Shown one piece after another: positions 33,501-45,211 of a stretch of DNA of 64,000 nucleotides. The stretch spans positions 1-64,000 of the forward strand of contig JBFLGF010000117.1 in assembly GCA_050230475.1 (NCBI GenBank), in the 5' to 3' direction. A program made the translations under genes and the position numbers. The DNA is from Ancylonema sp. Lineage: Eukaryota. The notes beneath the pieces are model-generated. The model worked only from the letters and a program-made list of their open reading frames with translations. It had not been told where the DNA came from and did not search any database. Position 1 is the stretch's first letter. Every line of letters starts with the position of its first letter.

Positions 33501-35425
33501 TCTAGCGGGAATCGATCTTCCACGTGGCAACGGTGTCGTCACACGAGTTCCCCTTACTCTCCGCTTGCAACGAGCGGAAAAGGAGTCGATCGTTATAGAG
33601 CATGAAGGCCGGGAGGCTGCCTACGTGCTTCCTGATGGCGTGGCCAAGGCGGTGTTACGTGCTACCGACTTTCTTGCCGGGAAAAACAAGGGCGTCACAA
33701 ATAGGTGATAAGGGAATCATTATAAGTCCTTTCTTGTCAAGCGATATGTTTTCATTTTCAAAAGAATGTTCTCACATAGGAGTCGACTCACATTCAATAA
33801 TGAAGTGTCTATGCATCTCCCGCTCGTACATGTGGTACTTACTTTAGAGTTGAACTAAATCGGAATTTATTTTGTATTTTTGCAGGCCGATTATCCTCAC
33901 GGTTAGCCGCCCAGACCTTCCGGATCTCACGCTGGTGGACTTACCCCGAATAGTCCAGGTTCCTATCGGGGATCAGCCGGCAGACATCTACCACCAGATT
34001 TCGACCATGATTCGGCACTACATCGAGCCGGAGGAGACGATCATCCTCAATGTGCTCTCAGCCCAAGTAGATTTCCCCACGTGTGAAAGCATTGTGATGT
34101 CGGCCAAGGTCGACAAAGCTGGGAGTCGAACTCTGGCCGTCGTGACGAAATCGGATCGTGCACCGGAGGGGTTGTTTGAGAAGGTGACCGAGAATGCGGT
34201 GCCTATCGGCTTGGGCTACGTCCTCGTGTGCAATAGAGCGGATGACTTGATGTCGCACGAGGATGCCCGGAGTGTTGAGCGGGAGCTCTTCTCCAACCAC
34301 AAACACTTGAAACGTTTGTCTCCCTCTCAACTTGGCATCCCAGCCCTGGGCACTAGGCTAACCGCTCTACTAGCAGAACGAGTGTCCCTTGCGATCCCGA
34401 AGATAAAAGCCGATATCAATGCACGGCTGAACAAGCGCGAAAATGAGTTGGCGTCGCTACCACGTGGCTGGAATGGGGCTGCCGAGGCCTTGGGACAATT
34501 CATCACCGTCAGCGACAAGCGGCGGCACTCAATGAAACTTCTGATACAAGGAGAGAATGAAGAGTTTCCCGAGGACATGGAGATGCACTACGCCCCTCGA
34601 CTTCACCTAATCTTCAAAGATTTTGGGGCGGAGGTGAGAGCTGCGGCGTCACCGTTTCTGTCGGCGAAATACAGCAAGAAGTGTGCCCTCGCGATGGAGG
34701 AGGCCAAAGGAGTTTCTTTTAGCAATGTCACGTCACCAAAGGTGCTGCACCAATTGGTGAAGGCGGAAGTGGCGAGGATCACCCCCATATGCGCAAGCAT
34801 GGCCGAGAGGTCATGTGAGTATGCATTAAAGGTGGCATCCGCACTCGCCAAGGTGGGGGCCACGAGTTACCCCAACCTTGCCTCATCCTTCCATCAAGTC
34901 ACAACAGTGGTGATGGAGAGCGCGCTCCACGAGTGCAAGCAATATATCGAACGAAGAATGGAGAAGGAGGCCGGGTTCGTCTTCACCGACAATCACTACT
35001 ACATGGATGTCGTCAATGAGACGCGCGGAAAAATACAAGAGAGAAAGGAGGTTATTAAGCAACATAGGCAACTCCATCCGTTTACGGCGGTGCTAGCACC
35101 AAAAGACGTCTGGGAGGTGGCGTTGAACGACCTAGTCAATAATGACGACCAAGCGGTGCTCGACGCACAAGTGAACATGTACGCCTACTGGCGGGTGGTT
35201 CAAAAGAAGGTTACGGATGACATTCCTCTTGAAATCCGATTCCGACTGGAAACGGCACTACTCAAGGAGTTAGGTGCGAGAGTACGGGCCCAAGTTTGCT
35301 CAAACATCGAGGATTACATGCGGGAACAACCGGAGGTGCATAACAAGCGATTACGTTTGCAAGGGAGCATCGGAAAATTGCAAGATGCTGCCGCTATCAT
35401 CAAGACCACGCCACAATTTTTTTGA
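33501..35425 (+). pseudogene. DRP4: DRP4/Mx-like dynamin copy D lacking start and P-loop; exon pieces 33501-33704, 33886-35425
   Basis: Starts abruptly at [17 protein letters not shown]. Same phase-2 intron as A and B; G3 is mutated to DLPR; exon 2 is open to the stop. Its N-terminus appears at 45044-45211(-). Confidence 0.87.
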
Positions 35426-35938
35426 TGAGGTAATTTTTAGAATAAACGGGTTTAATATCAAAAATTATCAGAAGTTATGTGGGACTTAATATACGTGACA
35501 CGCGATGCAAGCAAACGATGTTTTGGCGATGTTATCGATATTTTCGACACTAAAACTTCAAAAAACACCGATGTGACAAAAAAACAAGAGTACAAGAGTA
35601 CAAGAGTACATTTGGAGATTTAAAAAAAAAACACGTCCGTGTCAAATTTTGCATTGTTGGAGTATCCAGGCCCGCTTACAAATTTACAATGGCGGAATAA
35701 ATACCTTTTTTTGTCAAACTTTAACTGTCATCGAATTTTCAATTACATTCCTTGATTTCTTTTTGATTTCTTTCCGAAAATGAGATGACTAACCTCATGC
35801 ATCGCCAACATGAGCAGGAATGTTGTGCGTTGACGCAAAATGGCATTCTTGCGATTTATTACGTATGCGAGAGTGGTTTACCATCAGATAATCTCGATTT
35901 GTTCGAAGTATATGATTAGAGAATTATGCAATTTGCTT

Positions 35939-36000
35939 TTGCGTGAACTCATTGTTTTCTTTGGGTAGCTTGCGTGAACTCATTGTTTTCTTTGGGTAGC
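35939..36000. repeat. 31-bp perfect tandem duplication
   Basis: TTGCGTGAACTCATTGTTTTCTTTGGGTAGC x2. Confidence 0.9.
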
Positions 36001-37475
36001 TTAGTGGCAATATGTTTTCAAGACAAAACCACGTGCAATTTTGTTTTTTTGGTCGCGTTCGATTGATCCGTTATGTGGTCTCTTTTGATTTCAATCGATC
36101 ATGATGGATATCAAAGCATTTTTGACCAATACCCGATGATATTGGATTATGAAACGTCTTGATTTTCATAACAAAATTTAAATTTTTACACTATAATTGT
36201 TTCCTACTGTCATGCAATGTGATGATTTTTGCAGCATAAACACATCACCTTTCCACTATAAAAATTGTTCCTCAACGATGATGCTACCAAAATCTTAGAC
36301 GTGATCAAAGAACGATGATTTATTTGGCATGATACGGATGTCATTTCAAATGCTCTCCGTATAATCTAAAACACCACTCCAAAACCGTAGCCTTGCCGCG
36401 TTGTTACTTCCAAGAAAATTGCAAAAGATTAAAACACAGTGATGAGAACAATGAGAATAATGAGAACAATGAGAATACAACGAGAATACACTGTCTATGA
36501 CATCATTGCTAAACATCGAAAATCAACTCGTATAATTTAAAAGTTGAATTATAAGCGTGTTATTTCTCGGACTAATTTACCCCATAGTAGACAATAATTT
36601 CCACCTTGTTGTTGATGTTGTTGTTGTTGTTGTTTTTTTTTTTTTTTTTTTTTTTTTTTTTGTAAATTAGTTTTTTGAAGAGTTTATTGTATTGAGTTTT
36701 TTTTTTTTTTTTTTAAAATAGAAAATTGCCGAATAAGGTATTGTGTATATCAAACAAATTCATTTCAACAAAAACGAACAAAGAAAAACCAATGCACTCG
36801 GAGATAACAAAAAAAGAAAATGTATTTATTTATATACCTTCTTCAGTTACAAGTTTTTACAAGTTTATGTATCTTCTCTATTTTTGCTAGGTACTACGTA
36901 ACGTAAAATGACATAGTTGCCAGTACGATGTAAATTATTAAGTTACATTAATCTTTACGATTAATATATTTTTTGATTATTGACCTCATTTTTTTCCGTT
37001 TAAAACGTCTCCATCGTTTCAAAAATTTCCTTATTGGAATACGACGAAACTCAAGTGCAATTCTACGTTGTCAATTTCCAAATCTAGCATATTTATAGAG
37101 ACGATGAAACACCATTCATGTATGGTATTTTTTTAACTTATCGGCATTCCTCGTATGCTTCTCGTGCAAATAAGTATCATAAAAAACCGACTTACAATTA
37201 TTATAGATCTTGATATAGCGCACTATCAATAGAATAAGAAAGAACACGAAAATGTCGCGATTTTTTCCCTCAATACATATTGAAAGTATACACTTTCTAG
37301 GTGACGGGCTACCGCAAGTTTCCATCCATACCATACAAAGTATCCAACGTAAATTGGTCGAATTGGAAATGTAGATAACCGACGGAATGTACAAAGTGCC
37401 GAAAACACCATGAGTTTTTAGCGTCTCCATTTTGCAATCGATGCCTACAATTAAACCCGTTTACGGAAGGTTTTA

Positions 37476-37976
37476 ATGAAGGACCTGAAATCAATGGAAT
37501 TTACAAGTCTCTCGTTACGGCTGTTACGAATTGGTGTGAATGCTGCGTGCGACGAGCGGTTTTTATCGATATCAGGGATCGTGCATTCAAAGACGCATAA
37601 CCGACTTGACCCGGAACGTGTGACCGAGATTGTGAAAACGAAGACCACCCTGTCTTCCCAACAACTGGTGGCCGGAAGATTGTCATCATTTGTAGAGCCT
37701 GTCCCTCGCCTTGAGCGCGTACCCACATTCGCACCCGAGGTTGACGAGATTGACGACATCACGATCCCCGGCCTCATCTTCGATCAAGAGGGCATTGATG
37801 CGGAAGCAAACAAGTGGCTTGATGAGATCGCATTGGAATGCGTAGCGACAATGAATGAGGCATCTCAAAGCGCGCCTCGCCCCTTCACGAAACGGACGCT
37901 TTCAAAAATATTTGTGTCCACACTTGTGGACCCAAATGATGAAATAGGCGCTTGTGTGGAGATGATGATCCATTGA
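37476..37976 (+). mobile_element. hAT transposase C-terminal dimerisation domain remnant
   Basis: LSLRLLRIGVNAACDERFLSISGIVHSKTHNRLDPERV resembles the hAT ERxFS...HSKxRNRL motif, followed by an acidic tail. Confidence 0.75.
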
Positions 37977-40753
37977 GATAAACATCGTATAAAAAGATTT
38001 ACAAATGCTCAAAGTTTCTTTGCACGACTGTCTCCTTAGGCACGCTACATTCCCCTTCACGTTTTGATGACAAAATTCCCTTATTTTTATATTCGTCGTC
38101 GTTCGTGATTGTAGATAAGAAAATAAGTATCAATGTGTAGAGAAAATATGGTAACGGATTTCATGAGTGACTACGCAATTAGCGATGCCAATTGCTTCCA
38201 ATTGTTCTCACTTTGTTTGTTTCTTCGGTACTCTGGTTTCTTTCTACATTTTAGACACCACTCATTGAAGTCTCGCTCCAATTTTTGCATATATAGCATA
38301 CGCTCAAAAAAATGTTGGGAAAAAAACAATGTTTACTTGAATCAGAATTATGCAGGCGATCACACATGCATGAATAAAAAAGTGGTTGTACATGGGCCCA
38401 TTAAAGGTTGTGAGTCCCGGTTTGTCTAATCGTTTCGAAAATATGCTTCAAACACATAAACCCATTGGAATGACGAGTGTGTAGGGGCACCATTGTGTTC
38501 GAAGGTACCAAAAGGTGCAGGAAACAAGTGAACATTAGCAGTTTGGCAATTTAGGGGTAATCCTTAATTCAGGTTGAAAGGTTAATAAATCCACGAGATA
38601 TTTTCAGGGCCTAATTACTATCCCTGGGGCCAACAACTGATGGCTCCAAACCAGTGAGGACTTCCAGACGCTCCAGGGCCCGAAAGCAACGAAAACTCCT
38701 GTCTTCCACCGAAAGCTTGTGGTCCTCTCTGTGTCCCTGTTTGGCTTCAAGGGCGCATCATGTTGGTTGCCTGTAGTTTCTCCATCACGGCTGCCTTTGG
38801 AAATACAGGTAAGCTTGTTTGAGGGCTGCTGTAAGTTGAAGTTACAAATAATGGCAAAATCTAGACACCTTGCTGCATACCTTCTTCAGGTCGCATTCTC
38901 CGCAACGAGTTGCATGTGCGATTGGGGGGTGGGAGCGTAATGGAATTCAATATATCAACAGCAGGCGACCTGACAGATGACAGAGACTGCTTGCAAAGTG
39001 TTTCTGACGAGCACTTGCACCTGCATTTTGAAACGAATTGTATGCATAATTGAAACACTGCGGTACTGTTACTTTCATCAGGCCGCGGCACTATGACCCG
39101 TAGCCTTCAGATAGTTTAGATATAGCAGTCTCCAACTGCTTTCCCACAGCGCTGTTGTACTCAGCCGCTTGCACTGCTGCCTCCATTGATACAAAAATAG
39201 CATACCACCATGTTCTCTCCTGCGAAGATCTCCCGCATTTTTACATGTTGAGACCATGCCGATCACTTTTTATATCCGAAAGGAGGCCGATTTTGATACA
39301 TATTCCTTGTGCTCTGTTTTAAATACAGCACTTTCTCAGCCGTGGCATCATATATTATGTGGAAATATTATTTGACTGCGACTGCGATAACACATCTACT
39401 TCGCTGTCACAAAGACAAAGTGGCAAGAAGTATCGGACATAGATACATTTACAAGATTTTTTAGCAAATCTGGCCTATAAATATCCGTGCTGCATGCATC
39501 TGGTACATTCAGATGTTTGGATTTGGACTAGACAATCAGTTAGAATGGATCAATCTTGCACATGTTGCAATTGCTTATCCATCCGTGCACCACTTCAGAA
39601 TGATGTTATTGCAAATTATCGTATGTGGAGTCTCCCGAAGGCTGATTCACGTGTCATGTGGCATGCGACATCAGTTACTTGAATCAGTTACATGTGAATT
39701 GGACACTGCGTCAAAACGTAGTGTTGGCTGATGTATATATACTCGTACTATTACTGAATTACTCTATCACACTCACCATGTTACATGTTATGTATTTTCC
39801 CCTTTTTCTTCTTTCTTCTCCTTCTTTTTTTATTTGATCACTTAAAAGACAAAATTGATTCATTTGAACCACTTACTGGCGAAGTGCGAAGTCTGTTCAC
39901 GCACCATACATTACCAAAATATCAAAGCACGTGTACAGTTGTCCCTCTCGTTAATCACCTTCTTCGTAGTGATATGTTTTTATGTCTATTCAGTAACGTT
40001 CAGAAGTAAAGAGTGAAGTCTAGGGAACACGTAGGCAATACAAAATGAAAACTGTGGACTTTGTCTCGTTCTACAAAAATTAGAGGTACGAATGATCTGT
40101 TATAAAGAAAGAAATGAAGTAGGTAACCTTTCTTGTGAACATTTAGGGATCATCATCTCTGGAATCTGAAGGACAACAGAGTGCCTTTATAGAGGGACGA
40201 TGGCATGTCCATCAGGGAGATTGGGCTGTTGTACTAATAGAAAGGGTGAAGATGGACCCATACATGTCAAATTTCATTGGTTATGTTGGACTGTACAGCA
40301 TACGAGTCAGCACCATGTGCCATGTCAGCATGTTCTTCTTGAAATATTGGTGACTGACAGTTCGGTTTCTGGTTGGTGCAGGGACTGGGCGAGGATCAAG
40401 AGCGCCAGAACATCAATGCAGTCTGCCACGTCATCAGTTCCTTGGGTGCTCTCTTGGAAGTAAAGGTGAGGCCTCGGGCCCGCACTTGAAATTTGAGCAG
40501 CTGATGCGTTGACTTCCAGATATGTCAGGAAATCCTCTTTATTGCTGGATCTGTTTCTCACATCTGAGGGTCGACTTTCGGTTTACACATGCCAGCTGGA
40601 TTTGCGTCTGACATATGTACATATGTACATATACACATATTCAAAACTGAATGTGTTTTCTCTACCCCCAAGACGTTGGGCATTTGTGGTCTCTGCGCAT
40701 ACATATGTATGTAAATGTGTTTACATACTTCATTCTGAATGTAGGTATGTACG

Positions 40754-41290
40754 TAGGGTTGTGAACGTTACCGTGACGCTTACGCGTGACGATAAATTAC
40801 GCGTCATTTTGACGCGTAATTACGTACACCCTCGGTAACGTTACGAATTACAGCGATTCACTACTTTTGGTCAGGACGGGCCCGGAATTGCCGTTACCCT
40901 GGCAAAAGTGTAATTGTAAGTGTAATCGTACACATACCCGTACATAACCGTACGCATCATATACAACAATTCTCGTATATCCAGCGTATGTTGTACAAAT
41001 ATGTGTACGGTAAAGGACAAATGTACTTTTCCGTACAATTTTTTGTTTCAATGTACGATAGTACTTGTGAGTAAATACGTGCGATCATTTTACTTGATTA
41101 TTGGTTTCCACACGTGTGACATTGGAATTCCCGGCTTTATATCGACATTTCGCCGAACCTTCCTGTCGAAAATGGCCGAGCGTAATGTGACGCTTCCAAA
41201 ATTACAGTTTACGCGGTTTACGCGTAAAAGCGTAATTCCACACGGTCATTACGCGGGCAAAATCCCAATTACGGTAATTTCACAACCCTA
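40754..41290. mobile_element. hAT-type MITE, 537 bp
   Basis: Perfect 12-bp TIR TAGGGTTGTGAA / TTCACAACCCTA and perfect 8-bp TSD TATGTACG (40746-40753, 41291-41298). Confidence 0.92.
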
Positions 41291-41744
41291 TATGTACGTA
41301 TCTGCATGTCTGCATGTATGTTCAAATATAGTCATGCCTGTACGAATGTCTGATTTTACCATGCATGTATGACTATATTTATGAGTACATTTATTTAAGT
41401 ATGTTATTGTGAATGTAAGTCAGTACGTATATAGGATGTCTCTATGTATGCATGTGTGCAGTGTACATGTATGTATATCAAACAACTATATATTGAAATA
41501 TCTATTCATGTAAATATGTATGTGAACATGCACAGTTGTACATATGTATGCCTCACAGACTAGATGTGTGCAGGCTACTGGAGAAGTTGCAATGATTGCA
41601 AAGCGCATATTGATTAACCCAAACTTTTGTATCCACCCCCCACCCGCCACCCCCCTCCCCTACTACCCCTTCCCCAGTCTCTCGGTTCAAGTCTCATCAT
41701 GACAGAAACCACTATCCCACGTGCGTGCACCGACACTGTGCTAG

Positions 41745-43084
41745 ATGGCAGGGGCTGCTGGGCCTGAGGCAGACAGAGCCCCTGTGAGGACGCCAGGTGT
41801 CAACCTTGGGAAGACAGAACACCCTAAGGAAGGTACACGTGGCAGCACAGACTTTCTTCTCTTTTCGTCAAAATACCCTCTGAACCCATACGCGTTTTTT
41901 TACGGGAATGCGTTGCTGACAATGTGTAACAATTCATGAGATTTTTAGTTTTCAGAGCTGAAGGCTGTATCAGTGAACGAATAATGTACTATCCGCTTTT
42001 GTGCAAGACACGCTGTTTTTGTAAACAGTGCTTGAGGTGTGGAGGCCCAAGTTTTTTTTTGCTTCATTTTCTTTTTCTGTCCCCACCCCCCCCTTCTTCT
42101 TCATCCTCTTCCTCTTCTTGTTTCTTGCGTGTGTTTTTTGGAGTCGAGGGTTCACCATCAAGGGGTGTGAGAAGAGTGTGTAATTGTATGAGCTTCAGTA
42201 GTAGTAGTAAGTCTCAAGGGTCAACGTCCTTGTATAACTTGAAACTCTAGCTTTTTTGTTTTACGAGAGTATAGATCATCCATTAATTTCAGTTCGATTT
42301 TGCTTCATTGCCCACACAGTGTTGGAGTTGGATGTTAAAAATAATGTATCAGAGATGGGATCTTCTCCTAAGGCGATGCACGTCATTGGCATGTGGTGTT
42401 ATAATGCTCGTAGACTCTGAGGAGATCATCCCTCGTCCAGAGTTGGGTAGCACTTGTAAGAAACCGCCTTAGGTATATATATGTACATCCATGGACATAC
42501 AGATATATATGAATGTATACAGACATGTAACACAATATGATCTTTGGTTTCATCCTGTGTCATATGCGAGTTCATGAAACGAGGAGATATGATAACATCC
42601 ATATTGTCGATAGACGCACCTATGCCCTTCAGCAGAGTTGATCTAGTTTTGGTCCCCTTGGTCCCATTCGGAATATTTATTGATTGATTTCGAGAAAGGT
42701 ACCAAATTCTCAGAATTTACCAAACAAAAGGTTTCTTTTTGTCCCCTCCCCCCCCTTGCAGACTTACAAACGAAACCCACCCGTCAACCCCAAGGTGCGT
42801 TGGTCGCCAACTTCAACGAAAAGATCCGCCCCACACTCGATGCGATCGACGGTCTCCGCAAGTTGGGCGTTGCAAGTGAGGGGATCCGGTTGCCGACGAT
42901 AGTGGTGGTGGGCGATCAGAGCCACGGAAAGACTTCGGTCCTCGAGTCTCTTGCAGGGATCGATCTCCCACGTGGCACCGGTGTGGTGACACGTGTCCCC
43001 CTCGTTCTCCGCTTGCAACGAGCGGAAAAGGAGTCTATCATGATTGAGCATGGGGGCCAGGAGGCGATACCCGTGCAACCCGAC
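41745..43084 (+). pseudogene. DRP4: DRP4/Mx-like dynamin copy E, 3'-truncated; putative exons 41745-41832, 42762-43084
   Basis: [53 protein letters not shown], then homology ends abruptly. The phase-1 acceptor at 42761 matches a phase-1 donor at 41833 (upstream exon inferred). Confidence 0.8.
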
Positions 43085-44200
43085 CGCTGCTCTACTCCCT
43101 ACCGATGCCCACCGGGCTGAGCAACAAAATCGGTAGGAAAGTGGTAGGGGGTAGCTACCGGGTAGCAACCCTCTACCGCAAGCCGAAAATGCGGCGCCAC
43201 CAATTATCGGGGATGGACTGGTGGAGTGGCGTGAGATCGCGTGGCTTACCACGTGGCATTCGCGTGAACTTGGCGTGAGTTGGCGTGAACTGGTCGTGAA
43301 ACTCACAACGTTTCGGCGTACTTCGCCTGCTCACAATTTCTGGCTCTTCCAAACTAAAGATTACTGAGCTCTTTCATGGGTCCAGCAGTTTCTCGATCTC
43401 TTATCTCCGAGGCGTGACTCTGTGAAGTAAATCCGCAATATTTTCATAAATCAACAGTCTGCTTATGTGTCGGGTCAAGTCCTCATCCTCCCTGGCGTAT
43501 GGCGTCGCTACCATGCAATGTATCGAGGCGGATGATAATGGCTGCAGGCGCAGCTGGTAAACGTTCAGTGGCTTCAACAGGTGAGTTCCACCGGCATGTA
43601 CCTCAGATCTCCGCTCGTTCGTGGACTGATAAGCAGCTATACGAAAATGCTGTCTGGTTGGGCCTACAAACAAGCCTGGGTTATGTTATGGGCTGCTCCC
43701 TAGACCATTTTGCAGCTGGATGTGAAATGCCTCGTACTATATACGGGCCCCAAACCATGACCGTCCAGGGCTGTGGGCTGTTGGTGCCCACCTTATCCAA
43801 ACCTAAATCCAGCCGGACAGCCCAATACTGAGACCTCAACGAAATGGCGGGCTGGAAATGGGTCGGGCAGCTTGAGGTCAGCTGAGAACTGTGCATGATT
43901 GTACCTACCTGCGCACAAATCACACTGCTCAACCGCATAGAGTTCGCTCGAAAGTTCGCATTATTGAAAGACACAGGCACGTATACGACTTGAGCACGTT
44001 GAAGATGATGGTTGACGGTGCATGAATATTCTTTGTCGGCTCATGGCATGTGGTTCCACCACGTGGCTGTGGCTCGATGGGCACTGCAACATCATAGTCA
44101 CCGCCAACCAGAGTGGGTAGCCGGAAGTTCAAAGAGACACCCATGAGCTTGGGGCTGCTGAGCTAGGTGTCCGATAGAGATCGGGCCTAGGGGCTGGGGA
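43085..44200 (+). mobile_element. Unclassified insertion with terminal stem-loop and a degenerate ORF (possibly Crypton-like tyrosine recombinase)
   Basis: Inverted repeat CCTACCGAT/ATCGGTAGG near 43097-43137 and GGCGTGA repeats. The frame from 43499 stays protein-like through several TGA codons. Confidence 0.3.
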
Positions 44201-44900
44201 ACGTGACACATTCAGACTGTTGATGACATCAAACTCTTGGTCAATCCTTTACTTTTCCATTTCCATATTTCACAAATTTTTATATTGACTCTTATCCATC
44301 GAGACAATATCCTGTACGGCTGGAGTCTTGTGATGGTCAAGTTTCTTGGTGTTCACGATTTATGAAATTTCTATATTCATCATTCTTATGCCCGCATGTT
44401 GTTTGGCAAGCATTGATTTGATGGTGAAGGATCCACATATCGCCGAACTATTTATATAAATTTTCACTTGCTCTTATGAGAAGTCCCTCGCTCTTACATT
44501 TGAAAACGAATAATGTATTCACGGATCCAACAATCATAAGAGTGGGAGTGCAATCATTTTGAGGAGTCAATGTGGTTTCAAAATCCGAATGGGATCACTT
44601 CTCTTTGTTGTTAATTGGCTATCACTTTCTTAGTGACAACCAATTATATCACAATGAAAAGAGCTTGAGTCAACGCGGTTCTAAGAATTCCACTGTGGTT
44701 TTTTCAATGATGGCCAATGTTTACCACAATTCATAATCGAAACTTCACGTCATTTCTTCTCACCTTGAATATCTGAACTTTTGTTTACTACAAAAATATG
44801 TATGAAGATGTTTGGAGTCGTTACATGGACACCTATGTGTGATACAATGAATTGAGGACTTCAAGACTAATAATTTATTTCCTTCTTTTTTCCATCACAG

Positions 44901-45043
44901 CTTCAACATATGTAGATGAATTCCGATCCCAAGGTGCCCTTGTCTATTTGTTCAACGACAAACTTCGTCCCATACTCGATACACTTGACAATTTGCAAAA
45001 GCTCGGCATAAGCAAAGAGGTTAAGCTCCCGAGAATAGTAGTG
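44901..45043 (+). pseudogene. Displaced N-terminal fragment of dynamin copy C
   Basis: After an AG acceptor: STYVDEFRSQGALVYLFNDKLRPILDTLDNLQKLGISKEVKLPRIVV, ending just before the P-loop. Confidence 0.85.
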
Positions 45044-45211
45044 CCGAAGATTTCCCGTGGCTTTGATCCCCGACGACTACTAAGTTGGCAGCTTCACCCC
45101 TTCACTCGCAACTCCCAGCGTTCTTAACCCGTCGATCACGTCCAGAAGAGGCCGGATCTTCTCGTTGAAGGTAGCGACCAGAGCACCTTGGGGTCGCGAA
45201 CTAACTTCCAT
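45044..45211 (-). pseudogene. Stranded N-terminal fragment of dynamin copy D
   Basis: [43 protein letters not shown](1-nt deletion)[12 protein letters not shown], ending just after the P-loop. Confidence 0.88.

Noticed and set aside
33448..33708. ORF-track start MRPRRKTCHGLHRHA as the true N-terminus of dynamin D
   Set aside because: Starts at GTG, and its first ~17 codons are the antisense strand of copy C's P-loop plus junction filler.
38700..40560. Possible exon fragments
   Set aside because: Could not be assembled into a phase-consistent or recognisable protein.
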